DNA from: Spirochaetia bacterium
Lineage (GTDB): Bacteria; Spirochaetota; Spirochaetia; SZUA-6; Bin103
Length of the DNA: 64,000 bases
Assembly (NCBI GenBank): GCA_965198005.1
Contig: CBDAOI010000004.1
Span: 928,001 to 992,000, forward strand
Direction of reading: 5' to 3'
Both the position numbers and the translations under genes were made by a program. Positions 32,577 to 42,943 of the stretch are shown here, one piece after another; the first letter of the stretch is position 1; the number at the start of each line of letters is the position of its first letter. Below the pieces are notes generated by a model, which saw only the letters and a list, made by a program, of their open reading frames with translations, was not told where the DNA came from and did no database searches.

Positions 32577-33349
32577 GCGCGCAGCTCCAGCGCGGCGCCG
32601 ATTACCTGCTCGAACACCTCCAGCGGTTGCGATCCGGCGATCAGTGCCCCGTTGACCACGAACGCGGGCGTGCCGCGTACCCCGGCCGCCAGGCCCGCTT
32701 CGTAGTCGGCCTGCACCTGTGCCGCCTTGCGGCCCGAGTCCAGACACTCGTCGAACCGGGCGCGGTTCAGTCCCAGCTCGGCGGCCAGCGCCCGGTACTG
32801 CGGCACGCCGCCGCCGGCGCCGCGGCTGAACAGCAGTCCGTGCATCTCCCAGAACCGATCCTGGTCGCGCGCGCACTCGGCCGCCTCCGCCGCCTTGCGC
32901 GCGCGCGGATGGATGTCGTCCAAGGGGAAATCCCGGAACACCAGCCGCACCTGCCCGGTATCGACGTAGCGCCGGTGAATGGCCGGCAGGGTCTCGTGAA
33001 AGAACCGGCGGCAGAACGGGCACTCGAAGTCGCTGAACTCGACGATGGTCACCGGCGCGTCCGGGTTGCCGTAGGCCGGCTGGTCCGCCACCAGCTCGGC
33101 CATCGGCACCGGCGAGGAGGGCAGTCCGGGGATGCCGCGCGCGGGCTGCGGCCGGGCGCGCGCGGAGCCGGCCGCCGCAAGCTGCTGCTCGACCGCGCCG
33201 ATGCGGGCGTCCAGGAGCCGGCCGCCGCGCAGCAGCCGCGCCTGCTGCACCACCACCAGCGCGAGCACGACCGTTACCGCCGCCAGCAGGGCCGCGGCCG
33301 CCGGCAGGGCAATGCGTGCCAGCCGCCGCCGCGGCGCGCCGTCAGCCAT
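32555..33349 (-). CDS. DsbA-family thiol-disulfide oxidoreductase
   Basis: EFSDFECPFC, RDFPL, GTP. Confidence 0.9.
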   Translation of the reverse strand: MADGAPRRRLARIALPAAAALLAAVTVVLALVVVQQARLLRGGRLLDARIGAVEQQLAAAGSARARPQPARGIPGLPSSPVPMAELVADQPAYGNPDAPVTIVEFSDFECPFCRRFFHETLPAIHRRYVDTGQVRLVFRDFPLDDIHPRARKAAEAAECARDQDRFWEMHGLLFSRGAGGGVPQYRALAAELGLNRARFDECLDSGRKAAQVQADYEAGLAAGVRGTPAFVVNGALIAGSQPLEVFEQVIGAALELRAQATNTR

Positions 33350-33361
33350 TGCGGCGCATCC

Positions 33362-34249
33362 TCAGCGACCGAACCATCCGAACGAGTTGGCGAACACCAC
33401 CCAATAGTAGAGCAGGTAGAGCCCGGCGCCCAGCAGAAACATGGCGCTGGCGCGACTGATGGCCAGCATCGAACCGCGCAGCCAGCGCGCCACCGCGCCG
33501 CGGAACAGGGCCGCGCCCACCGTCACCGCGATCAGCACCGTGCCCATGCCGAGCGCGTAGCCCATGAACTGCCCGAACGCGGCGCCCACGCCCCGGGTGC
33601 CGAGGCCGATGCCCACGATCGCCAGAAAGATCGGCAGCGTGCAACTCAGCGAGCTGATCGAGTAGGCGGCGCCGAAGGCGAACACGTTGCCGAGGTTGCG
33701 GCGCGGCGTGACGTGCACGCGGCTGGCCGCCAGAATCGCCAGCTTGCCGCGTCCGAGCAGGAGCCACAGGCCGAGGGCCGCCAGCACCAGCCCCAGGGCG
33801 GCGCCGAAGAAGCGGAAGGAGGCGGTCAGCCACTGGCCGCCGGCGGCGACCACGATCCCCACCGCGGCGGCCACCAGCACGAAGCCGCCGGTGGCCGCCG
33901 CCCCGAGCAGCAGGGCGCGGGCGGTCCGCTCCACCGCCGGGCGGCGGTAGAACCCCTCCTCCTCGGTGCCCAGGTGGTAGGAGACGTAGGTCGGGAGCAT
34001 CACGAACCCGCACGGATTGACGCTCGCCACCATGCCGGCCAGGAACGCAAACACCAATGGCAGCGCGGAGGTCACCGAGGCCGCGGCGGACTCGACCCCC
34101 GCCTGGATGCGGATCACCCCGGCCAGCAGGGCCGCCACCACCAGCGCCGGCACCACCAACGAGACCACCTGGGCGCTACGCTGCGTGCCCGGTCCCGCGA
34201 CCGGCGGCGCCGCGCCGTGCCGCGCACTCAGCGCACGCCGCGTCCTCAT
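33362..34249 (-). CDS. CcdA/DsbD-type membrane protein
   Basis: NPCGFVMLP and SCTLP transmembrane cysteines. Confidence 0.88.
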   Translation of the reverse strand: MRTRRALSARHGAAPPVAGPGTQRSAQVVSLVVPALVVAALLAGVIRIQAGVESAAASVTSALPLVFAFLAGMVASVNPCGFVMLPTYVSYHLGTEEEGFYRRPAVERTARALLLGAAATGGFVLVAAAVGIVVAAGGQWLTASFRFFGAALGLVLAALGLWLLLGRGKLAILAASRVHVTPRRNLGNVFAFGAAYSISSLSCTLPIFLAIVGIGLGTRGVGAAFGQFMGYALGMGTVLIAVTVGAALFRGAVARWLRGSMLAISRASAMFLLGAGLYLLYYWVVFANSFGWFGR

Positions 34250-34974
34250 CGCGCGCCGCGTCCCGCCGCCGCGCTCACGGCCAGCAGCTCGTCCACGAAC
34301 TCGGTCAGCTTGGCGCGCGTCAGCAGGCCGGTCCACTTGTTGCTCAGGCCGCCGTCGGGCGTCACGAACAGGGTGGAGGGCATGCCCAGCACCCCGAACC
34401 GGGCCAACACCGTGGCGTCGTCGGTGGTGCCGGAGGGATAGTCGACCTCCAGCTCCGCCAGCAGCGCCTTGCCCTCGGCGCTGGTGCCGAGCCCGGTGAA
34501 CGGCCCGAGGTCGATGCCGAGCAGGATGATCCGCCCTTCGAACTCGTCGTAGACCTCCTGGAATTCCGGCATCTCGGCGCGGCACGGAGGACACAGCCCG
34601 GCCCAGAAGTTGAGCACCACCGGCTTGCCCTGGGCCAGCACGCTGCTGAGCGCGATCTCCCCGGCGTCCGCCGCCGCGGCGCCCAGCTCGGCGCCACCCT
34701 GATAGACGATGATCTTGAAATCCTCGACCCGCGGCAGCTCGGCCGCCGCGGCTCCCGCCTGCGCCGCGGCATCTTCACCGTCGCGGGCGCAGCCGGCAGC
34801 GGCGAGCAGAGCCACGGCCAGCGCCACGGCCAGTGCCGTGGCCAACAGCGCCCGTTGCGCCGGCGGCGCGGGCTGGCGCAGCCTCATCGCGGCCGGCTTG
34901 GCGCCGGCCGCGGCCGCCGGCCATTCACCGGCGCGTTGCCGGCGTATGCGTTGCTCTCGTTGCTCTCGGTCCAC
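34246..34974 (-). CDS. TlpA-like thioredoxin lipoprotein
   Basis: Lipobox AAGC, LNFWAGLCPPCRAEMP. Confidence 0.88.
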   Translation of the reverse strand: MDREQREQRIRRQRAGEWPAAAAGAKPAAMRLRQPAPPAQRALLATALAVALAVALLAAAGCARDGEDAAAQAGAAAAELPRVEDFKIIVYQGGAELGAAAADAGEIALSSVLAQGKPVVLNFWAGLCPPCRAEMPEFQEVYDEFEGRIILLGIDLGPFTGLGTSAEGKALLAELEVDYPSGTTDDATVLARFGVLGMPSTLFVTPDGGLSNKWTGLLTRAKLTEFVDELLAVSAAAGRGAR

Positions 34975-35168
34975 GCTTGTCTGACGACTCCAGCGACGGG
35001 GATCATACTTCGGACGGGCGTCGACGCTGAAGCCGCGCCCCTGGACTCATAATAACGGAGGCCCCTCGCCGGCGGCCACGAACGAACGGCGGATGCTGCG
35101 GGCGGTCGTCCGCGTCGGTTCGGTGCGCTTTGCAGGGGTGGGGCACTCGGATAGACTTGGCGCTCGCC

Positions 35169-35834
35169 ATGGCGCCAACGGCGGCCGCGCCGCGCACCAA
35201 CCAGCAGTGGCTGACCGATCTCCGCACCGCCGGGCCGGCCCGCGACGCCGCGTTGTCCGATCTGCGCCGGCTCCTGGTCGCCGGTCTGCAGCGCGGTCTG
35301 GCCCGGCGCGGGGGCGGGTCCGGCGGCGGGCGCGGCGGCCTCCACTTCCAGATCCACTCCCAGATCGAAGACTTCGTGCAGGAAGCCCTGGTCAAGATCC
35401 TCGACCGCCTGGATTCGTTTCGCGACCGCAGCCGCTTCACCACCTGGGCGCACAAGATCGCGATTCACGTAGCGCTGACCGAGCTGCGGCGCAAGCGCTG
35501 GCAGGACGTGTCGCTCGACGCGCTCCTGGTCCCTCCGCCCGGCGCGCGCGCCCGGGAGTTCGCGGACCCGCAGGCGGGACCCGCCCGGATCAGCGGCAGG
35601 AAGCAGGCCCTGGCCCTGGTGCAGCACTACCTCGAGCGGCATCTCAGTCCCCGGCAGCGCCAGGCTTTGGTGGCGGTGGCGCTGTACGGCATGCCGCTGG
35701 AGGAGGTCGCGCGGCGCATGGGGAGCAACCGGAACGCGCTTTACAAGCTGCTGCACGACGCCCGCAAGCGGTTGAAACAGAGGATGATCGCGGACGGCCT
35801 GACCCCGGAGCGGGTGCTGGCGCTGTTCGATTGA
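35169..35834 (+). CDS. ECF sigma factor
   Basis: EDFVQEA, FTTWAHKIA, region 4 NALYKLLHDARKRL. Confidence 0.88.
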   Translation: MAPTAAAPRTNQQWLTDLRTAGPARDAALSDLRRLLVAGLQRGLARRGGGSGGGRGGLHFQIHSQIEDFVQEALVKILDRLDSFRDRSRFTTWAHKIAIHVALTELRRKRWQDVSLDALLVPPPGARAREFADPQAGPARISGRKQALALVQHYLERHLSPRQRQALVAVALYGMPLEEVARRMGSNRNALYKLLHDARKRLKQRMIADGLTPERVLALFD

Positions 35835-35917
35835 CGGCGGTGAGCAGGTGAGGACGTGATGAGAGATTGCATGGTAAGCGCCGCGTACGCCGGGGCGTCA
35901 GATTGGAGAGAGGTCGG

Positions 35918-36211
35918 ATGAGACTGCTGTCGCGACTCCGGATCAGCGCCGGCGGGCTGCTGGGCGAGCCGCTGCCCGGGCAGCCGCGGGTCACGCTGCG
36001 CCATTTCCTGGCCGGGCTGGCGCGCGCGGTGGCCGCCACCGATGAACGGGAGCTGTCGTGTGACGAGTGCGGGGAAGAGCTGGACCGCCTGGTCGAGCTC
36101 GAGGCGGCCGGCGTCTCCGAGCGCGAGCTGCTGGCGCTGGTCCGCGCCCATCTGCAGCGGTGCGGCGACTGCTACGAGGAATACGAGACATTGCGGCGCA
36201 GCCTGCGGTAG
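35918..36211 (+). CDS. Zinc-finger anti-sigma factor
   Basis: CDEC and HLQRCGDC (H-x3-C-x2-C). Confidence 0.75.
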   Translation: MRLLSRLRISAGGLLGEPLPGQPRVTLRHFLAGLARAVAATDERELSCDECGEELDRLVELEAAGVSERELLALVRAHLQRCGDCYEEYETLRRSLR

Positions 36212-36753
36212 TGCGAGAGTGGTACGGCGATCTGCGCGCCCTGTTCCTCAACTGCACGCTCAAGCGGTCGCCCGGGCTGTCGCACACGCAGGGGCTGATC
36301 GACGTGGCGGCCGCGATCATGCGCCAGCAGGGCGTGTCGGTCGCCACGCTGCGACCGGTCGACCACGACCTCGCGCACGGCCAGTACGCCTACTACGGGC
36401 GGGTAGGGGGCTGTCTGATCACCGGCAACGAAGATGGCGCGAACCATTGCGCGATGAACATCCTGTACTCGCTGCAGCACCTGGGCTACGCCGTGCCGCC
36501 GCAGGCGGATGCCGGCTGGCTGGGCGAGGCGGCGCCGGGGCCGTCCTACCTGGATCCGGGGTCCGGCGGTCCCGCGAACGACTTCACCAACCGCAATACG
36601 ACGTTCATGGCCTGGAACCTGATGCACCTGGCGCGCCTGCTCAAGGACGCCGGCGGCATTCCCGCCCACGGCAATCAGCGGTCGCGGTGGGACGCCGGTG
36701 AACGGTTCGGCTTCGCGCCTGCCACGCCTGCCACGCCTGCCGGGGCAGCTTGA
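36211..36753 (+). pseudogene. Flavodoxin-family protein with large in-frame deletion
   Basis: NCTLKRSP...SHT joined directly to QYAYYGRVGG.LITGNEDG; central part missing. Confidence 0.75.
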
Positions 36754-36783
36754 CGGACGCCGCGCGCGGGCCGGGGCGAAAGC

Positions 36784-37374
36784 GTGATCCGGTCGGCGCG
36801 GCTGCGGTTCAAGTGGCAGCGACGGGTGCGCGCCCGGCACGCGCTGGAGTTCGCGCCGGGACTCAACACCCTGGCCGGCCCCAACGGTTCCGGCAAAAGC
36901 ACCATCATCAAGGCGCTGCTGCAGGGGGAGGACTGCGACCTCCGGTTCGAGGGCACCCGGGCGCGGCGGCTGTTCGACACCGAGCTGATGAACCCGCGCG
37001 TCCTGACCGGCCCCGCGCCCACGCCCGCGGCCATGGCGCTGCGCCTGCGCGGCCAGTTCTCGTCGCACGGGCAGATGATCCGGCAGGCGCTGGACGCGCT
37101 CGAGAGCGCCGAGCGCGGCACCACGTTCCTGATCGACGAACCGGAGGCGGGCCAGGACTTCGCCGCGGTGGCGCGGATCAAGCGGCTGCTGGATGCGGCC
37201 TGCCGGCAGGGATTCCAGATCATCGTGGCCTCGCATCACCCCATCTTCTGGTACGACACCAACCTGATCGAGCTGGAGCCGGGCTACGCCGCGCGGGTGG
37301 TGGCGGCGCTGGCGGCGCTCGCCCGCCGGTCGGGTCGGACCCACCGGACCCACCGGACCCACCGGAAAATGTAG
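36784..37374 (+). CDS. Small ABC/AAA-type ATPase
   Basis: GPNGSGKS, SHGQ, LIDEPE, SHHP. Confidence 0.75.
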   Translation: MIRSARLRFKWQRRVRARHALEFAPGLNTLAGPNGSGKSTIIKALLQGEDCDLRFEGTRARRLFDTELMNPRVLTGPAPTPAAMALRLRGQFSSHGQMIRQALDALESAERGTTFLIDEPEAGQDFAAVARIKRLLDAACRQGFQIIVASHHPIFWYDTNLIELEPGYAARVVAALAALARRSGRTHRTHRTHRKM

Positions 37375-37419
37375 CCGCCGGCCGGCGGCTGTGATAAGTT
37401 GAGGGCGGATTCCAGCGCC

Positions 37420-37734
37420 ATGCCTGTCTACGGGTATTTCTGCACCGTCTGCGAGCACCGGTTCGACCGGCTCGTCCCCCTGGCCGCGGTGGCTCACGGC
37501 GACCGCGGGATGGACTGCCCGGCGTGCGGGGCCGCCGCCCGGCGCGACTACGGCGCCAACCGGGTGGCCACGCCGAGCATCGGCGCCGACGCTGACCTGC
37601 GCGAGGACGCCGAGCCCTATCGCGCCATGCACTATCACGAGAAGCGCGGCGAGTGGGAGCAGGCGGCCAAGGCCGCGGAGGGCGTAAGCGACTTCGCCCG
37701 GCAGAAGTTCATCCGGAAGGCGGAGCAGGAGTAG
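37420..37734 (+). CDS. FmdB-family zinc-ribbon protein
   Basis: MPVYGYFC..C.H.F and CPACG. Confidence 0.8.
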   Translation: MPVYGYFCTVCEHRFDRLVPLAAVAHGDRGMDCPACGAAARRDYGANRVATPSIGADADLREDAEPYRAMHYHEKRGEWEQAAKAAEGVSDFARQKFIRKAEQE

Positions 37735-37785
37735 CCGGACCATCGGCAAACATCGGCACGCGCGGGCGTGTCGCCGGAGCATCAC

Positions 37786-38673
37786 ATGGACACCGACAAG
37801 GAAACCGCGCGCATCGCCGCACTCCTGCGCGACCAGGACTACATCGCCGACGACGCCATCGTGACTTCGCTGCTGATCGCCGAGCGGCTGCGCAAGCCGT
37901 TGCTGGTCGAGGGACCGGCGGGGGTCGGCAAGACCGAGATCGCCAAGGTGCTGGCGCGCGCGCTGGACACCGACCTGATCCGGCTGCAGTGCTACGAGGG
38001 GCTCGACGCCGCCACCGCGCTGTACGAGTGGGACTACAAGCGGCAGCTCCTGCACATCCGCTTGAGCGAGCACGACGGCGGTTCGCTGACCGAGCGCGAG
38101 CGGGCGCTGTTCGACGAGCGCTACCTGCTCAAGCGGCCGCTGCTGCGCGCCATTACCCATCACCGCAGCCCGGTGCTGCTGGTGGATGAGCTGGACCGCG
38201 CCGACGAGGAGTTCGAAGCGTTCCTGCTGGAGGTGCTGTCCGACTGGCAGATCTCGATTCCGGAGTTGGGCACGGTCACCGCCGGCCACGTGCCGTACGT
38301 GGTGGTGACCAGCAATCGCATGCGCGAGCTGTCCGACGCGGTGCGCCGGCGCTGCCTGTACCTGTGGATCGACTACCCGGACTACGACAAGGAGCTGGCC
38401 ATCGTGCGCCGGCGCGTGCCCGGCATCGACGCCGAGTTCGCCGCGCGCATCTGCCGGTTCGTGCAGGCGGCGCGCGCCGAGCCGCTGCAGAAGGTGCCGG
38501 GGGTGGCCGAGACGCTGGACTGGGCGGCCACGCTGGTGGCGCTGCACCGCGACCACCTCGACCGGGCGGTGGTGGAGTCGACCCTGGGGGTGATGTTCAA
38601 GAACCGGACCGACGTCAACCACGTGCGGGAGCGCGCCGCGCACCTGCTGGCCGCGGTCGGGGGCGGCGGCTGA
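37786..38673 (+). CDS. MoxR AAA ATPase (CoxD-like)
   Basis: GPAGVGKT, RLQCYEGLD, DELDRAD. Confidence 0.92.
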   Translation: MDTDKETARIAALLRDQDYIADDAIVTSLLIAERLRKPLLVEGPAGVGKTEIAKVLARALDTDLIRLQCYEGLDAATALYEWDYKRQLLHIRLSEHDGGSLTERERALFDERYLLKRPLLRAITHHRSPVLLVDELDRADEEFEAFLLEVLSDWQISIPELGTVTAGHVPYVVVTSNRMRELSDAVRRRCLYLWIDYPDYDKELAIVRRRVPGIDAEFAARICRFVQAARAEPLQKVPGVAETLDWAATLVALHRDHLDRAVVESTLGVMFKNRTDVNHVRERAAHLLAAVGGGG

Positions 38674-39848
38674 CCGACCGCAACCGCGAACCCGCGGCGC
38701 GCGGCCGCGGCGCACTGTCCAACCACGTGGTCGGCTTCTGCCGGGTGCTGCGGCAGGCGGGGGTGGGGCTGGGCCCGGGCGAGCACGTCGACGCCCTGCG
38801 CGCCGCGGCCCTGACGGTGGAGCACCCGCGCCGGTTTCGCCTCGCGCTACGCGCCGCCACCGCCAAGTCGCGCGCCGAGCAGGAGCTGTTCGACGCCTGC
38901 TACGGCCCCTACTGGGACACCGTGGCGGCGGCCGCCGGCCCGGAGGACGCCGCGCCGCCCGACCCGGTGCTGCCGCCGGCGCGACTGCCGGCGCGGGCGC
39001 AGTCGACCCCGCAGTTCGCCGCGCGGCGGGCGGCCGACAGCGACCCGGAGGCCGCGGCCGCGGCCTACAGCCCGCACCGGGTCTCGGCCCACACCGACTT
39101 CGCCCTGATCGAGGGCGACGAGCTGGAACGGATCTCGGAGCTGCTGCTGCTGATCGGCCGCCAGCTCGCCCGCTCCCTGTCGCGCCGCCATGCCCCGGAC
39201 GCCACCGGGGCACGGCTGGACCTGCGGCGCACGCTGCGCGCCGGGCTCCGGTCCGGCGAGCTGCTGGAGCTGGCGCTGCTGCGGCGCCGCCGGCGGCGGT
39301 TGAAACTGGTGCTGATCTGCGACGTGAGCAAGTCGATGGACATCTACAGCCGCTTCCTGATCCAGTTCATGTTCGCGTTTCAGCGCGCCTACCGCCGCCT
39401 CGAGACCTTCGTGTTCAGCACGGCTCTGCACCGGGTGACCGACCAGTTGCGCGGCCCCAACCTGCGGGCGGCGCTCGACCACCTGGCGGCGACCGTGCCG
39501 GAGTGGGCCGGCGGCACCCGCATCGGCGCGTCGCTGCGCCAGTATCTGGATGAGCACGGCCGCGCCACCCTCGACCGGCGGACGGTGGTGGCGATCCTCA
39601 GCGACGGCTGGGACACCGGCGACGTCGACGTCCTCGGCGCGGCGATGGAGGAGATGCACCGCAGCGCCGGGCTGGTGCTGTGGCTCAACCCCCTGCTCGG
39701 CCATCCCGGCTACCGTCCGGAGACGCGCGGCATGCAGGCGGCGCTGCCGTTCACCGACCTGTTCGCTCCCGCCCACAACGCCGCCAGCCTGCGCAGCCTG
39801 GCCACCCTGCTGGCCGGCGGGCGCGCCCGCCGCCGGCGTCCGGTATGA
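38670..39848 (+). CDS. VWA domain protein (CoxE-like)
   Basis: DVSKSM MIDAS, GGTRIG, SDGWD, WLNP. Confidence 0.9.
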   Translation: MTDRNREPAARGRGALSNHVVGFCRVLRQAGVGLGPGEHVDALRAAALTVEHPRRFRLALRAATAKSRAEQELFDACYGPYWDTVAAAAGPEDAAPPDPVLPPARLPARAQSTPQFAARRAADSDPEAAAAAYSPHRVSAHTDFALIEGDELERISELLLLIGRQLARSLSRRHAPDATGARLDLRRTLRAGLRSGELLELALLRRRRRRLKLVLICDVSKSMDIYSRFLIQFMFAFQRAYRRLETFVFSTALHRVTDQLRGPNLRAALDHLAATVPEWAGGTRIGASLRQYLDEHGRATLDRRTVVAILSDGWDTGDVDVLGAAMEEMHRSAGLVLWLNPLLGHPGYRPETRGMQAALPFTDLFAPAHNAASLRSLATLLAGGRARRRRPV

Positions 39849-39855
39849 TGCGCGC

Positions 39856-41391
39856 ATGAAGCACGTGAACGGGAAGGCGGACGCGGCGGGGGCGGCGGCG
39901 GGCGGCCCGTTGCCGCGGCTCAAGCGGCTGGACCGGGAGATCCATCTGCTGGAGCACGTCGCCGCCCTGCTGCAGTGGGACCAGGAGACCTGCATGCCGC
40001 CGGCGGCCATCGACGAGCGCGCCGAGCAGTTGGCCCTGCTGCACGGCGAGATCCACGACCGGCGCACCGCGCCCGAGCTGGGCGACCTGATCGCCGCCGG
40101 CGAGGAGTTGACCGGCCCGGGCGAACGGGACCGGGCGCTGCTGCGCGAGCTGCGGCGCAGCTACGACCGCGAAACGAAGCTGCCGAAGGCTCTGGTCACC
40201 GCGATCGCCCGCCAGGCGAGCATCAATCACGGCAGTTGGGTAGCGGCGCGCACCGCGTCCGAGTTCGCCATCTTCCGTCCCGACCTGGAGGAAACGCTGC
40301 GGCTGACGCGCGCCAAGGCGGACCACCTGGGATTCGAGGACACCCGCTACGCGCCGTTGCTGGACGAATTCGAGCCGTGGATGACGCCGGCCGAGCTGTC
40401 CGCCGTGTTCGACGCCCTGCGCGGTCCGCTGGTGGATCTGCTGGAGCGGATCACCGCCTCTCCCGTGGTGCTGGACGACGCCGTCCTGCGCCGCGACTAC
40501 GACGTTGCCGCGCAGCGCGCGTTCTCCGAGCACCTGCTGGAGGCGCTCGGGTTCGACGCGCAACGCGGCCGGCTGGACGTCTCCGCGCACCCGTTCTCGA
40601 CCACTCTCGGCGCGGCCGACGGGCGGCTGACCACGCGGTTTCAGCCCAACCTGCTGAGCGGGAGCATGTTCGGCACGATTCACGAGTGCGGGCACGGCCT
40701 GCACGGGCTGGGCGTGGCGCCGGAGCTGGCCACCAGCGAGCTGGGCGACGGCGCCTCGCTCGGCATCTGCGAATCGCAGTCCCGCTTCTGGGAGAACCTG
40801 ATCGGGCGCAGCCGCGCCTTCTGGGAGCACTTCTACCCGCACCTGCAGCCGCGCTTCCCGGCGCTCGCCGGCGTCGGGCTGGAGCAGTTCTACCAGGCGA
40901 TCAACGCGGTACGGCCGTCGCTGATCCGGATCGAAGCGGACGAGGTGACCTACAACCTCCACATCCTGCTGCGCTTCACGCTCGAGCGCCGGCTGGTGGA
41001 CGGCGAGCTCGAGGTGGCCGACCTGCCGGACGCGTGGCGCGCGGAGGCGCGCAGCCTGCTCGGCATCACGCCGGAGCGGGACGCCGACGGCGTGCTGCAG
41101 GACATCCACTGGTCGATGTTCGCGATCGGCTACTTCCCCACCTACACGCTCGGCAACCTGTACGGCGCCCAGTTTCACGCCGCCATGGCGCGCGCCATCC
41201 CCGACTGGGAGGAGCAGGTGCGCGGCGGGCGGTTCGGGCAGATCCTGGAGTGGCTGCGGCAGCGGATCCACCGCCACGGGCGGGTGTATCCGGCCGCCGA
41301 GGTGTGCCGGCGGGTGACCGGCGCGGCGCTCGACCCCGGCTGCTTCATCGCCTACCTGGAACGCAAGTTCGGGGAGCTGTACCGCCTGTAG
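39856..41391 (+). CDS. Carboxypeptidase M32
   Basis: HPF, HECGH, ESQ, IRIEADE, QDIHW. Confidence 0.93.
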   Translation: MKHVNGKADAAGAAAGGPLPRLKRLDREIHLLEHVAALLQWDQETCMPPAAIDERAEQLALLHGEIHDRRTAPELGDLIAAGEELTGPGERDRALLRELRRSYDRETKLPKALVTAIARQASINHGSWVAARTASEFAIFRPDLEETLRLTRAKADHLGFEDTRYAPLLDEFEPWMTPAELSAVFDALRGPLVDLLERITASPVVLDDAVLRRDYDVAAQRAFSEHLLEALGFDAQRGRLDVSAHPFSTTLGAADGRLTTRFQPNLLSGSMFGTIHECGHGLHGLGVAPELATSELGDGASLGICESQSRFWENLIGRSRAFWEHFYPHLQPRFPALAGVGLEQFYQAINAVRPSLIRIEADEVTYNLHILLRFTLERRLVDGELEVADLPDAWRAEARSLLGITPERDADGVLQDIHWSMFAIGYFPTYTLGNLYGAQFHAAMARAIPDWEEQVRGGRFGQILEWLRQRIHRHGRVYPAAEVCRRVTGAALDPGCFIAYLERKFGELYRL

Positions 41392-41542
41392 GGCCGCGGT
41401 ACCGGTTGCAGTGCCGGTGGTACCGGTCGCAGGGCGACCGTACCGGCCGTCGGGCAAGTCCCGGCCGTACCGGGCCGGCGCGCGCGGGTCGCGTGCGGCG
41501 TGGCCGGCGCGCTCCCGGGGCTCCCTCCCGGCGCGGGGCCGC

Positions 41543-42200
41543 TCAGCCCACCACGGGCAGTTCCGCCAGGGCGGCGTCCACCTGCTCCCGCGGATACTCG
41601 TAGTTGACCAGCCGGCCGTCGAGGAACGCGCGGTACGCCTGCATGTCGAAGTGGCCGTGGCCGCACAGGTTGAAGGCGATCACCTTCCTCTGTCCCGACT
41701 CACGGCACTGCAGCGCCTCGTCGATGGCGGCGCGGACCGCGTGCGCGGGCTCCGGCGCCGGCACGATCCCTTCGGTGCGCGCGAACCGCTGCGCCGCCTC
41801 GAACACCGGCACCTGCGGCACGGCGCGGCCCTCGATCAGCCCCAGGTCGCAGAGGTGGCAGATCAGCGGCGCCATGCCGTGGTAGCGCAGGCCGCCGGCG
41901 TGGATCGGCGCCGGGATGAAGGAGTGGCCGCGGGTGTACATCTTGAGCAGCGGGGTGGTGGCCGCGGCGCCGGGCCCGGATCAGGGGAGTCGGCCGCCAC
42001 AGCCGGTAGATCTCGCGCTCCCGGCTCACCTCCTGCTTGATCAGCTCCATGGCGAACAGCGGCGCCAGATCGTCGGGCCGCACCGGGTCCATGCGGCCGG
42101 GATGGATCACCGGCGGCAGCGGCTCCGGCAGATCGGCCTGGATGTTGTACCAGGCCGCGGGAATCTCGGACTGCGGCAGATCATACCGGACGGCGTCCAT
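41543..42200 (-). pseudogene. TrpB2-like PLP enzyme with most of the middle deleted
   Basis: WYNIQADLP...WRPTPL at the N-terminus and HAGGLRYHG...NLCGHG at the C-terminus; only ~660 nt remain. Confidence 0.85.
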
Positions 42201-42334
42201 GGTCAAGCCTCCTCGCGCCACGCGCGACGGCCCGGTGTAGCGCATTTCCAGCAATGGCTCCATCGTGGAGTGCGAAGGCTACGCAAAAGACGCGGCTTAC
42301 CGATGTCGAGGCCCCCGCCGCTTCAAGACCGATC

Positions 42335-42943
42335 TCAGATGAGACTTCGCGAAATCGTCTTCATGAAGTTCGCCCAGCCGACGAACATCTGCCCTCCGGC
42401 AATCCCAAATGCCAGGGCACTTTGCGCCGGTATGATGCGATTGGATGCGGTCACAATTTGGTTTCTCCTTATCTCCTCAGCGGACCGCTTTGACTGGTGT
42501 ACGATGAAATTGCGCAAGTGGCGTAGGTCGTCGAGCAACCACGGAGTCACACCCAGCGTCATCGAGATTCGGCAGAAATTGGATAGTAGTAGTCGATCGG
42601 CTGCGTCTATGGCTTCAGTCGGACGATACCAATTCGGTTCCTTGTTTCTTTTTCTGTACAGACTGACTAGTAAGTGGCTAGCCCTCTCGCGGTTTGCAGG
42701 CTTAGACGGCAGGCCTGATGTGACTGTTCCATTTCGATCGTTGAAACGACCCGTAGCACAATCCAAAATAAAGAATCGGACAAACTGCTCCCATTCAATT
42801 TGAAGCTGAACAATGGCTCTCTCTATAAGTAAAATGTCAATCACACTCACTCGCGGGCTCCGAGCGTGGTTGCGAATTCTATCCACTTGCACGTCGATGT
42901 TGCGATGCAATCTCCACACATGCTTATGAAAATGCATGCCCAA
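42335..42943 (-). CDS. HEPN-like protein
   Basis: Helical, WEQF near the N-terminus, RNFIVH (Rx4H); overlaps the DUF262 gene. Confidence 0.65.
   Translation of the reverse strand: MGMHFHKHVWRLHRNIDVQVDRIRNHARSPRVSVIDILLIERAIVQLQIEWEQFVRFFILDCATGRFNDRNGTVTSGLPSKPANRERASHLLVSLYRKRNKEPNWYRPTEAIDAADRLLLSNFCRISMTLGVTPWLLDDLRHLRNFIVHQSKRSAEEIRRNQIVTASNRIIPAQSALAFGIAGGQMFVGWANFMKTISRSLI

Noticed and set aside
37335-37366. 9-bp microrepeats (also ~26003 and ~36715)
   Set aside because: Slippage in low-complexity protein tails with no evident function
36172-39213. 1013-aa minus-strand ORF and similar long antisense ORFs
   Set aside because: Shadow frames of well-supported genes on the other strand; Arg/Pro/Gly-rich with no motifs
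41392-41480. Four GTACCGG motifs after the M32 gene
   Set aside because: Short, irregularly spaced and plausible by chance or as terminator stems in GC-rich DNA
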